Source of the DNA: Patellaria atrata CBS 101060
Taxonomy: Eukaryota
DNA: 64,000 bases
Direction: 5' to 3'
Assembly (NCBI GenBank): GCA_010093705.1
Contig: MU006089.1
Span: forward strand, 2,529,561-2,593,560
Positions within the stretch are counted from its first letter, which is position 1. Each line of letters begins with the position of its first letter. Below the pieces are notes generated by a model. The model did not search any database. It worked only from the letters and a program-made list of their open reading frames with translations, and was not told the DNA's origin. Both the position numbers and the translations under genes were made by a program. Of this stretch, positions 1-11,193 are shown piece after piece.

Positions 1-160
1 ATCGTTTTACCCCAAAGACGTTTTCCTCCATCGTTTTACCCCAAAGTCATTTTCCTCCATCGTTTTACCCCAAAGTCATTTTCCTCCGTCGTTTTACCCC
101 AAAGTCATTTTCCTCCATCGTTTTACCCTAGAGCCATTTTGTTCCGTTGTTTTGCCCAAA
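1..160. repeat. 29-bp tandem repeat (minisatellite), about 5.5 copies, truncated by the window edge
   Basis: Unit ATCGTTTTACCCCAAAGTCATTTTCCTCC starts at 1, 30, 59, 88 and 117; a degenerate copy starts at 146. Confidence 0.95.
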
Positions 161-301
161 TTTATACTCCATTCAATATAATGCGCAAAATCACAAGACT
201 CATCCAACCAAAGAAAACAGGGGAAAACTCATATCAACGTGAGACCAACTGAACAACCGCACCATGGAATAGCTTTCTCTTCTTCCAAGAGCCTCCGATT
301 C

Positions 302-468
302 CTACATCCATCTCGAAACGCAGCTCTGGTCACGCTCAGTTCCGAAGGGAAGGGGGGACGCAGAGGGGTAAATCACTAGATGTATTTCTACATCCAGATC
401 GAAACGCACCTCTGGTCACGCTCAATTCACGAAGGAAAGGGGGACGCCAGAGTGGTAAACCACTAGAT
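302..468. repeat. Two-copy direct repeat, about 86-bp period
   Basis: CTACATCCA..CGAAACGCA.CTCTGGTCACGCTCA...GGGGACG.CAGAG.GGTAAA.CACTAGAT occurs at 302 and 388. Confidence 0.9.
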
Positions 469-537
469 TAGGGAAGTATAAGAGGGAGAGGAGCATGCTA
501 TTTTGTTTTATGCAAGAAAGGTACGGTTGTTTTGAAA

Positions 538-3216
538 TTAGAAATTGTGGTTGCTGTTGTTACCCCAGCCACGGCCACGAGGGTGGACAGAAGGTCGAGA
601 TGAAGAGGAGCGGGCGGAGATGGAAGGAGACGGATCTATTTGTACAGCGTACTTGCTGCTCATTATGCCGGCGCCAGTGGTACGGATGGAATTTTGCGGT
701 GGTGGAATCGAAGGTATGGTTGGCCTAACGGCCGTAGACCTGACTGCATATTTGCTCGCGGCCATGCCTCTATTTAAGGTTGGAGTAGTAGAAGTAGTAT
801 TAGTATTTGACGGCACAGTAGGGGAGGTGGAAGCGATGGGAGTAGCAAATCTGCTACTTGATAAACCTCTGCTTAGGACGGGAGTAGCTGATACCGGCGT
901 ACGAGGCTTATCCGAATGAGCACTCGCAATAGCAGGTGCAATAATAGGTGTGGTGGTAGGTGTGGTGGCAGGTGTACCCGTATCCGACCTTAAGCTTGCC
1001 GCCGCCATAGAGTTCGAGTTGGCAGCGGGCTCGGTTTCCGTCGGAGCAGCTGTTTCCACCGGAGTCCGGGCCGGGGTGAAGTCATTTGCCTTTGGGGAGA
1101 GAGTAACTGACTTGTTCTCATTCCTATTCGGATTCTTGTGCTGTGGAATTTGTCTGGGTATGGCATATTTGCTAGCTTCCATGCCCTTGGTGTCGAATAC
1201 AGAATTGGAAGAAGGGGTGGTTGGCACTTGCACCGGTGAAGAGTGTAAGGTAGCCACGCCCGGAGCCATCCTCGGGGGAGACGCTGAATTGACTGGTGCA
1301 CTAGATGCTGACTCGGAGGTAGATGTGCTCATACAGATATCGGTTTGCACACGAACAGGATTCGGAGCCAAGCTTGGCGTCATCGATGCACTTGCTGCTG
1401 CATTTCCCTGTTCAAGTTGGTTAGGATTCCACCATGCCGGCAGAGGGAGGACAAGAGGGCGACTCACTCCATCTTTTGTGACCATGATCGGTACTGGCCC
1501 GATCACCGTCGCTTGAGGGTCGAATTCTGGTGCGAGGAGATTGCTGGATTCCGGTTTTGAGGTGGTCTTGACCGGGTCGACGCCTGTTTGCGTTGCTACC
1601 TGGTGTGTCTTACTGGTGTCCTTGTCTAGAACCACACGACTAACATATCGCATCCTCTTCGTCCGGTCGTCCCATTGCCGCACGCTTTCCAATCGTCCGC
1701 TAAACGCATGTTTGCTCTGGCTTATACCTCCGACGTCGAGGTACTCTTCGTCAGATTCCTCGTTGTCGGCGTCTTCTCGCTCCTCGGAGAACTGCTTGCT
1801 CAGCTCTTGGGCCTCGGGGTAGATTCTGTTGATGCGATCTAGGAGTTCTTGAGCATGGTTGAACCTATTTTGGGTAGAGTCAAGCTCCAATTCGCACTTC
1901 TCTAGCTGCGCTTGCGTCATCGCCGTCGATTTTTGGCTCAGCGCCAGCCTCTCCCAGTATGGCTTGACTGCAGCGGCCACTTCAGCAGCTTTCCTAGCTT
2001 TGACCAATTCCATCTCGGCTTTGATACTGGAGAGCTCTTCATTGGCAATTGTTAACTTTTCATGGGACTCAACAAGGCGTTGTTCAGCCGTCGCACAAGC
2101 CCTGAGACGCTCACCCCTTTCTTTTAGTTGTTCGGCTGTTGAGAACTTGTATTCTTCAAACCCAGAAGCGAGTTGGGAGTACTTCAACGTGAGGTCATTG
2201 AAAGCCTCATTTGATTTCTTGAGACTCTCTTCGAGAGCGTTCGCCATCGCAGTTGCCCTGTCTCGCTCCGACTGGGACAGCCTGATGGCGATGTTTGTAG
2301 CAGCTATCCTCAGTCTCCTAAGCCTCTTGCGGGCGATTTGAGCTTGAGCGCGTCGTTGGTTACGATTCGGGAGCTTTGGTACTGAGCGAGGCGTCGTATA
2401 TATCCCCCGGAAATACGAGAGTGCGGATTTGACAGCTGTGAAAAACTCATAAACATGGTAAAGCGTAATAATAACGCGGATTAGATCGGAAAAGGTGGAG
2501 CCTGGTCTGAGGTAGGCGGAAAGTCGATGGAGGATTAATCGGAGCGAAAGCATGAGTATGGAGTGGAGAAAGGATAAAAGGAACCGCAGGACCTTATTTA
2601 TTGTGATTTTGCGGAGTGAAACCTCCTTTTCACCACGCCATAAATGGAGTAGAATATTTCCCACCGTGACACACAAATCCACTACTGTGGCATATAGAAG
2701 GTAGTTCAATTCGTCCTTATAGGGTTCTCCCATAGCAATGCTTGAGGGTTTGTGCAAATCGTATGTCGTGGTTGCAAAAGATTCCGCAGCTGGTATCGCA
2801 CTATCCCAAGACAGGAAAGCGGTTTCATTATTGATCCACGGACAAAAATACTTCTCAGCAAAGACCCTGTCGTCCGGGAGGCATACTCTGGTTGAACGTG
2901 GACTTTCCACAGGTAGGCAAATGGCTGCCGCGATGGTGACGACATACTTAATTGATGAGGTGCTTTGGGCCGCCATAAAGGACATTTGCGTGATAGTATC
3001 GGTTGTGTTGCTTCTCACCGTCACCGATGACGTTGGGATGTTAGGAGTGGTTGTGATTGTCGTAGTTCCACCGAAATAAGGAAGGGGTGGGGATCTTTGG
3101 ACTAATTCTTTGACCTTCTCCTGCTGCCCTAACAAGATTCCAGTACCTGTAAAGATACAGGCACTGAACATCGCTTTCCCGAGAGTCCGAAGACTCCCGA
3201 GTCCGGGTCGAGGCAT
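538..3216 (-). CDS. Orphan hypothetical protein (up to 892 aa): hydrophobic segments, coiled coil, and a Ser/Thr/Pro-rich tail with repeated SKYA-type motifs
   Basis: Uninterrupted 2.7-kb ORF with a heptad-like region around aa 300-480. The true start is uncertain. Confidence 0.8.
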   Translation of the reverse strand: MPRPGLGSLRTLGKAMFSACIFTGTGILLGQQEKVKELVQRSPPLPYFGGTTTITTTPNIPTSSVTVRSNTTDTITQMSFMAAQSTSSIKYVVTIAAAICLPVESPRSTRVCLPDDRVFAEKYFCPWINNETAFLSWDSAIPAAESFATTTYDLHKPSSIAMGEPYKDELNYLLYATVVDLCVTVGNILLHLWRGEKEVSLRKITINKVLRFLLSFLHSILMLSLRLILHRLSAYLRPGSTFSDLIRVIITLYHVYEFFTAVKSALSYFRGIYTTPRSVPKLPNRNQRRAQAQIARKRLRRLRIAATNIAIRLSQSERDRATAMANALEESLKKSNEAFNDLTLKYSQLASGFEEYKFSTAEQLKERGERLRACATAEQRLVESHEKLTIANEELSSIKAEMELVKARKAAEVAAAVKPYWERLALSQKSTAMTQAQLEKCELELDSTQNRFNHAQELLDRINRIYPEAQELSKQFSEEREDADNEESDEEYLDVGGISQSKHAFSGRLESVRQWDDRTKRMRYVSRVVLDKDTSKTHQVATQTGVDPVKTTSKPESSNLLAPEFDPQATVIGPVPIMVTKDGVSRPLVLPLPAWWNPNQLEQGNAAASASMTPSLAPNPVRVQTDICMSTSTSESASSAPVNSASPPRMAPGVATLHSSPVQVPTTPSSNSVFDTKGMEASKYAIPRQIPQHKNPNRNENKSVTLSPKANDFTPARTPVETAAPTETEPAANSNSMAAASLRSDTGTPATTPTTTPIIAPAIASAHSDKPRTPVSATPVLSRGLSSSRFATPIASTSPTVPSNTNTTSTTPTLNRGMAASKYAVRSTAVRPTIPSIPPPQNSIRTTGAGIMSSKYAVQIDPSPSISARSSSSRPSVHPRGRGWGNNSNHNF

Positions 3217-3687
3217 GTTGGAATGAGATCGATGTATGTATGAAGGGGGAGTTGACGAGCAATACGAGGTAGAAGTAATTTGAGTGCTAGCAAATTAGTG
3301 TTTGAGAGAATTCGCAAGCGTCGAAAGTGTAGTGAGAAAAATTGGAAAAGACGTTTTGCAGGAAGCGTCGCAGGTTATGTAGTGGGATACGCCAAGGAGA
3401 TCAGAGGTTTAACGAGAAAGTATTGTGTGAAGATAATGATAGTAAATGCGTCATGTGCCGGAAGAGCGAAGTCACAAAGGGTTTCGTAATAGAAAAGTGG
3501 TGGCTGTTAGTTGTGAATAGAAGATACACTAGTCAGAAGTGTGCACGGACAGGGGTGAGGTGAATGTTGAAGTTGAATGGAAGATTTGAAAAGGGGCATG
3601 TGAGCAAGTTCTTCTCTTACTTGATTTCTATCGGCCTATCACACCTAGAAGATACCTTATCCGCAAGACACTTCTTGGTAGACGCGA

Positions 3688-5721
3688 CTACAACTCCAGC
3701 GTTGCTATTCTACCTCCGACTTCAGCACCTTTGCCCCAAATTCCTTCTGCAAGTCTCTGTCTTGCGGCGGTTTTAAGAGTCTCAAGATCAGGCTGCTCGA
3801 GATCTTCAATCCGTTGACAAAAGAGCTTCAAAGTATCGTACTTAGCGCCCGCTACCTTATATGCAGCGCTTTCAACATCGCCTCTGCCGCCGACGAGATG
3901 CGAAAAGGTTTCAGCAGGACTTAGAAGATATGGTATGATGGACCCAGAAGCATGTTGGTCTAATATTACCTGGATTCCTTTGTTTGGTCTGAAGAGAGTG
4001 AGTTTGTGTACAATACATTCAAAGAGTCGGAGTATTGTAGACGGAAATTGTTAACTCACAGTCTCTGAGAAATCTGCTGGTCAACATCTAATGCAGTTTC
4101 AAAACATTTCTCCGACCAGACAGCAGTTATAACCGCTGATATCAGATCAATTGCAGCCAATGCCTTTTCCTTCATTGCCACGATCTTAGCATGGCTAACT
4201 ACCTCTTTCCAGAAGTCAGGGTTCCGCGAATCATATAATTGATAGAGAGTTCGAGCATTTACGCGCTCACGATCAACTTGCGGTTCGTTCGACGTCCGCC
4301 ATGGCGAACTGATACTGGTCGTCATTGTGATCTCCTTGGCAGGAGGACCGTGAAACACTCTAGCCAAGGTATGAAAAACATCTGGATTAGACAGCTTTGG
4401 AGAAAGAAGAGCAAGAGGACTTTGCTCCCACGACATTGTTACATCAGGGACTAGAGCTTGACGAGGTAATGAGCTTAGAAGCCTGCATGCTTCGGTAGGA
4501 GAATCCCCACGGGCCCAACGGGCGGCAGAGATATTGAACGATCCATATAGCTTCTCCCGAACCCGTGGAAGTTCCTGACTCTCAAGGAAATGCTCCGGAT
4601 ATGTAACAGCATATGTAGCAATATAACTGACAGCCGGTTCTTGAAGGAACGTCAAATCGAATTGCGCCACTCCCGACTTTTTGGGATCCAAATATAACAT
4701 GATTGTACGCTCGTGGAGACCTCGAGATAACATGAAATCTAATGCGGGGCTTGCGTTCTTAGATCTGATAAGGTCAATGGACAGTACTTAAGGGAATAAA
4801 GAGATAGAGCTAGTTATACAAGGTAATAGAACGATGGAGCACTTACCTATGTGTGCTATTATCGTTCGAGCATGCTAAAAGATCTGAGTAGAAGTTTATC
4901 AAAGTACGATGCATCAAGACATCGCTCTCTGTGTCCACCATGAAACACGCTGCAAAAGAAAGAAGGTTTTGATCTTCCGGTTTAGAAGCCGAAATGGATG
5001 AACTTTCTACCCCAGTATTCGAGTGCTGGGTGATAGCAAGCCAACTCAATCGCCCTACGTTTGGCAGAAACTCTAACAGTCGGGCCTGGGCGATAGTCTT
5101 CTGGCTCCTAGTCTGATCAGGTTGTTTCTTCGGACCACAGATCTCGAAGAACAGCCCGTAAACATCCTTATCGCGAAAGACACGTCTCCACATTTGTCCG
5201 GCACCATATTCCTGTCCAATAGCTTCATCCCTACTCGCTTTTAAGAGATTATAGAGAAGACATCCTGCTTTAGCGGCGGTTCCAGTATCATTCGTTGATA
5301 ACCATAATCGAATGAGATTATAAATTAGTTCAGGTATCATGGCAACTTCGTCCGCATAGCTAGATGCCGAAGTCGCCTTCTCAAGCAGAGCAAGAATGAG
5401 GTTATGGAATGGCTGGGCCTGGTGGGTTAAACCGGTGGCAAACGGGATAGGTAGGACACTGATTTGGCTGAAATCTAGCGGTTGGCATATCCGTAAGATA
5501 ACTTTCACGAGAGGCGTAGGATCTTGCTGAAGTTGAGGAAGTAGTTTAGAGAGACAAGGGAGGATGTCGGAGAATTGAGTGGCCAACCCAGGTGACCCTA
5601 TCAGCAAGGCTTCCACATCTTCGACACATTCGACATCGAGCTCATTAGCAGTGGGATTAGCGTATAGAATGTCAATGTGTTCCCTGAAAGCGATTGAGGC
5701 TTTGTGATTGTTTGATGCCAT
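3688..5721 (-). CDS. Hsm3/S5b-like ARM-repeat proteasome assembly chaperone (3 exons: 5721-4847, 4764-4060, 3988-3688)
   Basis: GT-AG introns splice in frame. The product has the conserved fungal motifs WRRVFRDKDVY, AQARLL and PYLL.PA.TFS.LVGGRGDVESAAYKV, and ends GGRIATLEL*. The last exon is absent from the ORF track. Family assignment is from recall. Confidence 0.7.
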
Positions 5722-6494
5722 GATGGGGAAGATCAAGACGCGAGGGAAAGGAAGATGGGGTTGATAGTAAAGTGATTGTAGTAGTAGTCAGTTCTAGGGT
5801 TCTAGCTTTTGGGCGACGCAGAAGTCATATAGATACCCCAATAGCCATCGCCACAGTGAGTAATCCGATGAAGAGTGGGGACTAGCGACTACTTGAGCCT
5901 CCTTCACTCGAAATCAGGTGTGCGTTGCGGTTTGATATCAGGTTATGATATTCCAACACTCGATATGACTCTGTGATTCAGTAAGAACTCGGTGTGTGAA
6001 ATTATAGGAAATCAAGAGCCTGGTCTCAGACACGACTTTTTATTATTGAGTGAGAGATCATAGAGATGTAGTCAGGATAGGGTTTTAGCCGGGTCATCCC
6101 CCCCCCCCGGGGTCACTGGCATCCGCGGCAAACGCCAGCCACCAGACCTGAATTTGGTTCCCCACCATGCAATTGTTCCTCCCCAATATTTTTTTCCTTC
6201 TAGTTATAAAAATTCTTTAGACCTCCCTCTTTCATTAGAACTGTCCGGATGCCAATTCTTGAAAGTCTTTTGATAATTACATTTCCCCTATCTACGACAG
6301 TTAAGCTGGCGAGTCCAACCTACTTATCCCTAATAAACTGGTTCCAGCTTTTGGGAGTTATTGCTCCGTAGGACTGTCTATTCCTATCCAGAAGTTGATT
6401 CAAGCATGAAAACCCCGCTTCGCTCGGTCACCAAATCGTCATATAGCATTCCCTACAGGTAGCATTTCCTTTACTGGCGTTTCTTCCTTCGAGA

Positions 6495-7433
6495 ATGTCT
6501 CGTGGTGGCCGTGGTGGCTTTGGGGGAAGAGGCGGTAGAGGTGGTGGTGGGGTTGGCGGCGTTGACATTCCAGCGTGGGATCCAGAGCTGAAGCTTGACA
6601 ACTACAATAAACCCTCGGAGCTCTTTCCAGTGAGTGCCCCTCAACAAGCACCTTCCGAGTCATTTCATCGCAAACCCTCTATTCTGTTACAGCTCGGTGC
6701 ATGATCAAGTGCGCGACCTCCGCGAGCGCGAAACAAGAAACTATAGCTGTACACAGCTATGCCCGAGCGATTCGATTATGATGAGCCTGAGCTCTCGAGA
6801 TATATACTAAATATCTTCAAGCCCGTTAAACCTCCCCTTGCCGCTCCTCCTACTCGCCAGGAACGAACTCAAGTCGCTCGATATCGCGCTCTCCGCGACC
6901 GCATACATGAAGGACCTCTCTACACAGTTCTTGGCGATAATGTACGCGTCAAAAAGCCCGATCAACCCAAAGTCAAAATTTCCTACAATCCTTTCAACAG
7001 CACGCAGACCTACACGGCGAAATACACGAGGAAGGCGCGTGCCATGCCAGCACTCGATACTCGGCCGTATATTATATGTTTCTTCCCGGTAGAACTTCAC
7101 TCGACGCTCGACCGGTCAATGGGGAAAACTTCAGGCTCTTCCACAATGCCTCGTAAAGTTCCTCGCCGAAGACTGCAGATTGATAAGTCAACACTTCCTA
7201 CGCTGGAAGAGCTAGAAGCGGAAGAGCAACGCCGGAACTTAAGGGCGGATGACTCAGATGTCGAAGATGTCGGAGACGAAGACGAGGAACAGCAGGAACA
7301 GGAGGAGGATGATGCTTTTAGCGAGGATGAAGATGATGAAAACAATGACTATAATGCCGAACAATACTTTGATGATGGCGAGGCTGATGACTATGATGAA
7401 GGAGGAGATGACGGCGGAGGATACGATTACTGA
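6495..7433 (+). CDS. RPC31: RNA polymerase III subunit C31 (exons 6495-6629, 6822-7433)
   Basis: N-terminal MSRGGRGG, KPSELFP, EGPLYT, and an acidic tail containing DYNAEQYFDDG. The 192-bp intron splices in frame. Confidence 0.9.
6695..6795 (+). ncRNA. Candidate intronic box C/D snoRNA
   Basis: C-like ATGATCA at 6701, ATGATGA at 6778, D box CTGA at 6787, and internal hairpins, all inside an unusually long intron. Confidence 0.4.
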
Positions 7434-8004
7434 GGCATGATATCTGCAAAATTTGACTTTAGCAGCATAATAGCATGATAAGGAAAGTAGTTGCAGTGGC
7501 ATACATACTTTTGCGTGGGCGGACAGCGACGTGGTAATTGCTCACTATAAGGACAGACATAACGAAATATCGAAAGCAAATTAAAGTGCATTCATGTCCT
7601 TAGTCACAATATATACACCTCCGAATGCATCTCCAAGTCCCATATATCATCCATATCCGTTGTGTCAACAACTTTGGACTCAGATCTGAAGTTTGTCCAG
7701 AAAACCTAAAAGCCAAAATATCCTCGACTGATCCGACCGAAGAACAATAGGAAATGCATAATACCATGATCATTCTAGAACCAAGATAAAAAGGTCCACA
7801 TTCTGAACCACCAATGTCGACAACATACTGAAAGTCCCACCAAAACTCCTTCCCGTCCACGTCCCTCAGTTAGACCACAATTCTCAATATTCTCCCCAGC
7901 TTGATTATCGCCCACGCCAACCACTCGTTAGTCGGAAACGGCCGCGTAAGATGAGGATATCGACGGCGACAACGGAACGACGGTCTATGTAAGAGATCCG
8001 GGCA

Positions 8005-9869
8005 TCACTTCGTGCGTCGTGAACGATGACTCTCCTTCTTGAACACTTTCCTACCCATCGCCACGATGCCATTGAATAAACGGCTTCCTCTCTCCCTTAA
8101 TTTTCGAACTGAGCCAAGCTTCCTATCTCCAGGTTCTTGGCCTGCAAAGCCAGCCTCGATTGTCTTCGGTATTGGAAGGGGAAGGGGAAACAAACTCAGT
8201 CTCACGAAATTTGATCCTCGCTCGCCGGCTTTTGTTAATTCCACACATGCAGGCTGCTCTGATGGCAGGTTTGGTATCCAGTGGAAGAGTCCCCCCTCCA
8301 CTACTTGACGCAACGGCTCGATGCTGGGGTTGAGTGGCGGGACGGACGTTGTACGGAGCGAGGACGGGATGGACTCTCCATGATGGCAACCCCCAAAGTG
8401 TCTGTGGACATCGAGTGGCAGCCTCGTATCCTTAGGCACCAAGACCAGCTGTCCCTCGTAGCGCATAGCCTATTAACGGTTAGCTAGTGAGAACGCAGAA
8501 GGAGTTTATGAACGTACCGCAATACGATGCGACGCTTTGATACGCATCGATATCCTAGCCTTCTTCCTAGACCTGCAGAAAACACGTGCACATGTGCATT
8601 TGCTCGGAAAAAGATCTTCAACTTCTACCGTAGAGATGGCTTCAACCTTTTGCGTCTCCGACACGAGACCTTCAGCTTCTGCCGTAGAGATTGCTTCTAC
8701 GTCTTGTGTTTCCGAAATGAGACCTTCAGGTTCTGTCGCAGGAGTGCTTTCTTCGACCGGTGTGTTTGGGGCCTCGGAATAGATATGAAGGATGCGTGAG
8801 AGCGTGTTGGTCTTGAGTAAGAGCAGTTTGGAAAGTAAGGTGTTCAGTTCTTCGTCGTCAAGAGGATTATATTCGTATTGCGCATCTGGTTGTTCCTCTT
8901 GTTCTTCCTCTGGCTCTTCCTCTGGTTTGACTATTGGTTGGCCTTCTGGTTGACATTCTGGTTTTATTTTTGGTTTTACGTTCCAAATGGAATGGTAAAC
9001 ATTCACGCTGAATACCTGCACATAGACAGAGCCGTGCTTGATCCGCATTCCATCTTTTGCAGCATTCGGTTGGTCCGCTCGGCGGATCACGATCGTATCG
9101 AGACCATATTGCTACGCACCGTGTCAGGGCGATTATTCCAGGGTAGTGACGGATGACGGGGCGACGTACTGCGAATGTAAATGCCTTCTGCGTCAGGGAG
9201 AATCTAGGCATGAAGCCGAGCGCTTTGGTGATGTTGTAGATTGCATCGACGCCACGGTGGTCTCTTAGAGCCGCAATGGTCTCTAGTACGAGCGGAGTCG
9301 TTGCTTCACCAGGATCTTTCAGTTGCTCGAACAGGACCTTCGCCGTACGGAGTGGCGGCCGAAGGAAACCTGTGTTTTGCAAGCGCCTCTGCAGAAATTG
9401 GAAGATGAAACGGATCAAATTTGAGATATCCGTCCCATCCATCACTACAAAGAAGCGGGTTTCTGTAGAAGTGAAGATTGAGATAATACGATTACAATTA
9501 CTAGGCTGAGTAGCAAGTGTGATAGCGCCGCATAAAGGGGCAGGTTCCTATGTTTGTTAACCCACAGAACACTTTTCCAAATGACAGAAGACCAACCGTA
9601 AATTCTAAGTAACCGGACCTTTCTCCGTAAACCCTACACTGAATGCCAAACTTCGTGAAAATTCCGTCTAATCCTGTCATAATTGAGCCAGTCGTAATCT
9701 TGGTCTTCCATGCAGATATCTCTTTGTCCTTTGACTCCTCCATTTCGATATCCATCAGAAGTTGCTCATACGAATCATTGATCAGCGGAGGATCTTTTTT
9801 AGTCAGCTTGCGAAGAGGAGTCGAACGTGTGCTGAACACCGTGTGTGGTTCACGAGATCCGATCCCCAT
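8005..9869 (-). CDS. Hypothetical multi-exon (or degenerate) orphan gene with an acidic segment and a 2x18-aa repeat
   Basis: Chain of same-strand ORFs (9869-9501, 9445-8867, 9090-8506, 8466-8005) with an EGL[IV]SETQ.VEAIST repeat. Exon structure is not resolved. Confidence 0.4.
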
Positions 9870-11193
9870 GATGGAGGTGTAAAATTTTGGTGGATTGAAA
9901 AAGATTAGTCTAAACGACGTTGAGAGAATATGAAGTAGCAGAGGTTGAAGAGTGTGTATTGTATGAAACAGATGCGTTCAGTACGTTGCTTCAGTTAAGA
10001 GGTCATCTGCCGCTCGCTCGAGCACTGCTGTCGGTGACGTCGAAGGTAAAGTGTCGATTCTTCACATCAACTGTCTCACGTGCTCGTTCTTGACTCTCAG
10101 CATATTCCGGAGACTTGTATTCTAGCATATAACAATCCATAAAATCTTATATAATAGATAGTGTGCTTGAATATTTTTCCATAAGTGAATGGCTCATGAT
10201 TGCCTTGTTTGTGACTATACAAGGGAAGATAACAGTACTCAACATCTAGTATAGAACAAAGTCGTAAACCATAAATATGTCCCCTGAATCTTTGATTGAT
10301 TATTTGTATGTTCTGGCATTTCACATGTAGTCCAGATTCAACGTTTCTCTAAGAGGCGGTTGTTCAAATCTGCGATTCGAAATGTCTCTCAATAACTATC
10401 TTTGTATTCTTTATCGCATTCCCCGCCTCTATACCTCCACTCTCTAAGGCTCTTCATCTTTACTGAATAGAGACGTGTCAACATAAAGAGTTTTCGGGAT
10501 ACGTACGCCAGAACCGCTTCAAGCTAAATAGCCGATCAGTAGGAGTTCAGAAAATGTATAGAGGCCAATCCTATCGTGAACCAAGGGAAGTAAGGGTGTC
10601 ACGTGGAGGAAAGAGGATATATGACCAGTTCGAAGTAACGATCCTTCTTCGATGTATTCTTAGTGGAATCCTTTCCCCCGATTGCTCTTTGAGATTCTCA
10701 CTCTTGTGCAGCATTCTTTAGGACATTCAATTCTTTGAGAATAAATCCTGGTAGTTGATTGTGCGGCTCCCGGATTTGTAATTTTGTACAATCCTATCCT
10801 TCACGTACAGCGGAATGAGACAGCTTAAAAAGGAGCGTTAAATAGGCAAGAGATGTAAGGAAGTTTGAAGCCACCATGATACATAGTTAAGGGTTTTCTA
10901 CTGTGTGATCTCAAGGCGCTCCAAAGACCGCAGAAGAGCATTGGTACATATTTCGTCCTCGAACAATGATGAATTGGAAAGAGCAAAACACTGAATGAGG
11001 TGTTGCAATTGTGCTGGATTCAAGAGTATGCTGTTGATACAACATTAGGAGTTTAGGGGTTACGTCCAAACTTAGGCGGTGAACAGGGTCTAGAATTCTG
11101 CCCATCGATAACAGATTTTATGGATTTATCGCATCCGACTGCTTTAATATTCTTTCAATTTTTATCCTCGCAAAACAATCATCCATAAGCAAG

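Noticed and set aside
1..160. CRISPR-like array (29-bp repeats; also the 31-bp repeats at 57954)
   Set aside because: The units are head-to-tail with no unique spacers, there are no cas genes, and the context is eukaryotic.
302..468. Hammerhead ribozyme in the 86-bp repeat (GAAAC present)
   Set aside because: There is no CUGANGA core in the required arrangement on either strand.
545..2341. Plus-strand ORFs opposite the 892-aa gene, and similar antisense ORFs opposite IMPase, GMC, LEU2 and the PTH11-like gene
   Set aside because: These are shadow ORFs of GC-rich or low-complexity coding sequence with no recognisable motifs.
6774..6790. SNORD97-like guide for tRNA-Met C34 (GATTATGA complements UCAUAAUC)
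   Set aside because: The spacing to the D box breaks the D+5 rule for C34.
7600..7860. 86-aa minus-strand ORF as an extra exon of the orphan locus
   Set aside because: It has a non-ATG start and no clear in-frame splice to the upstream ORF.
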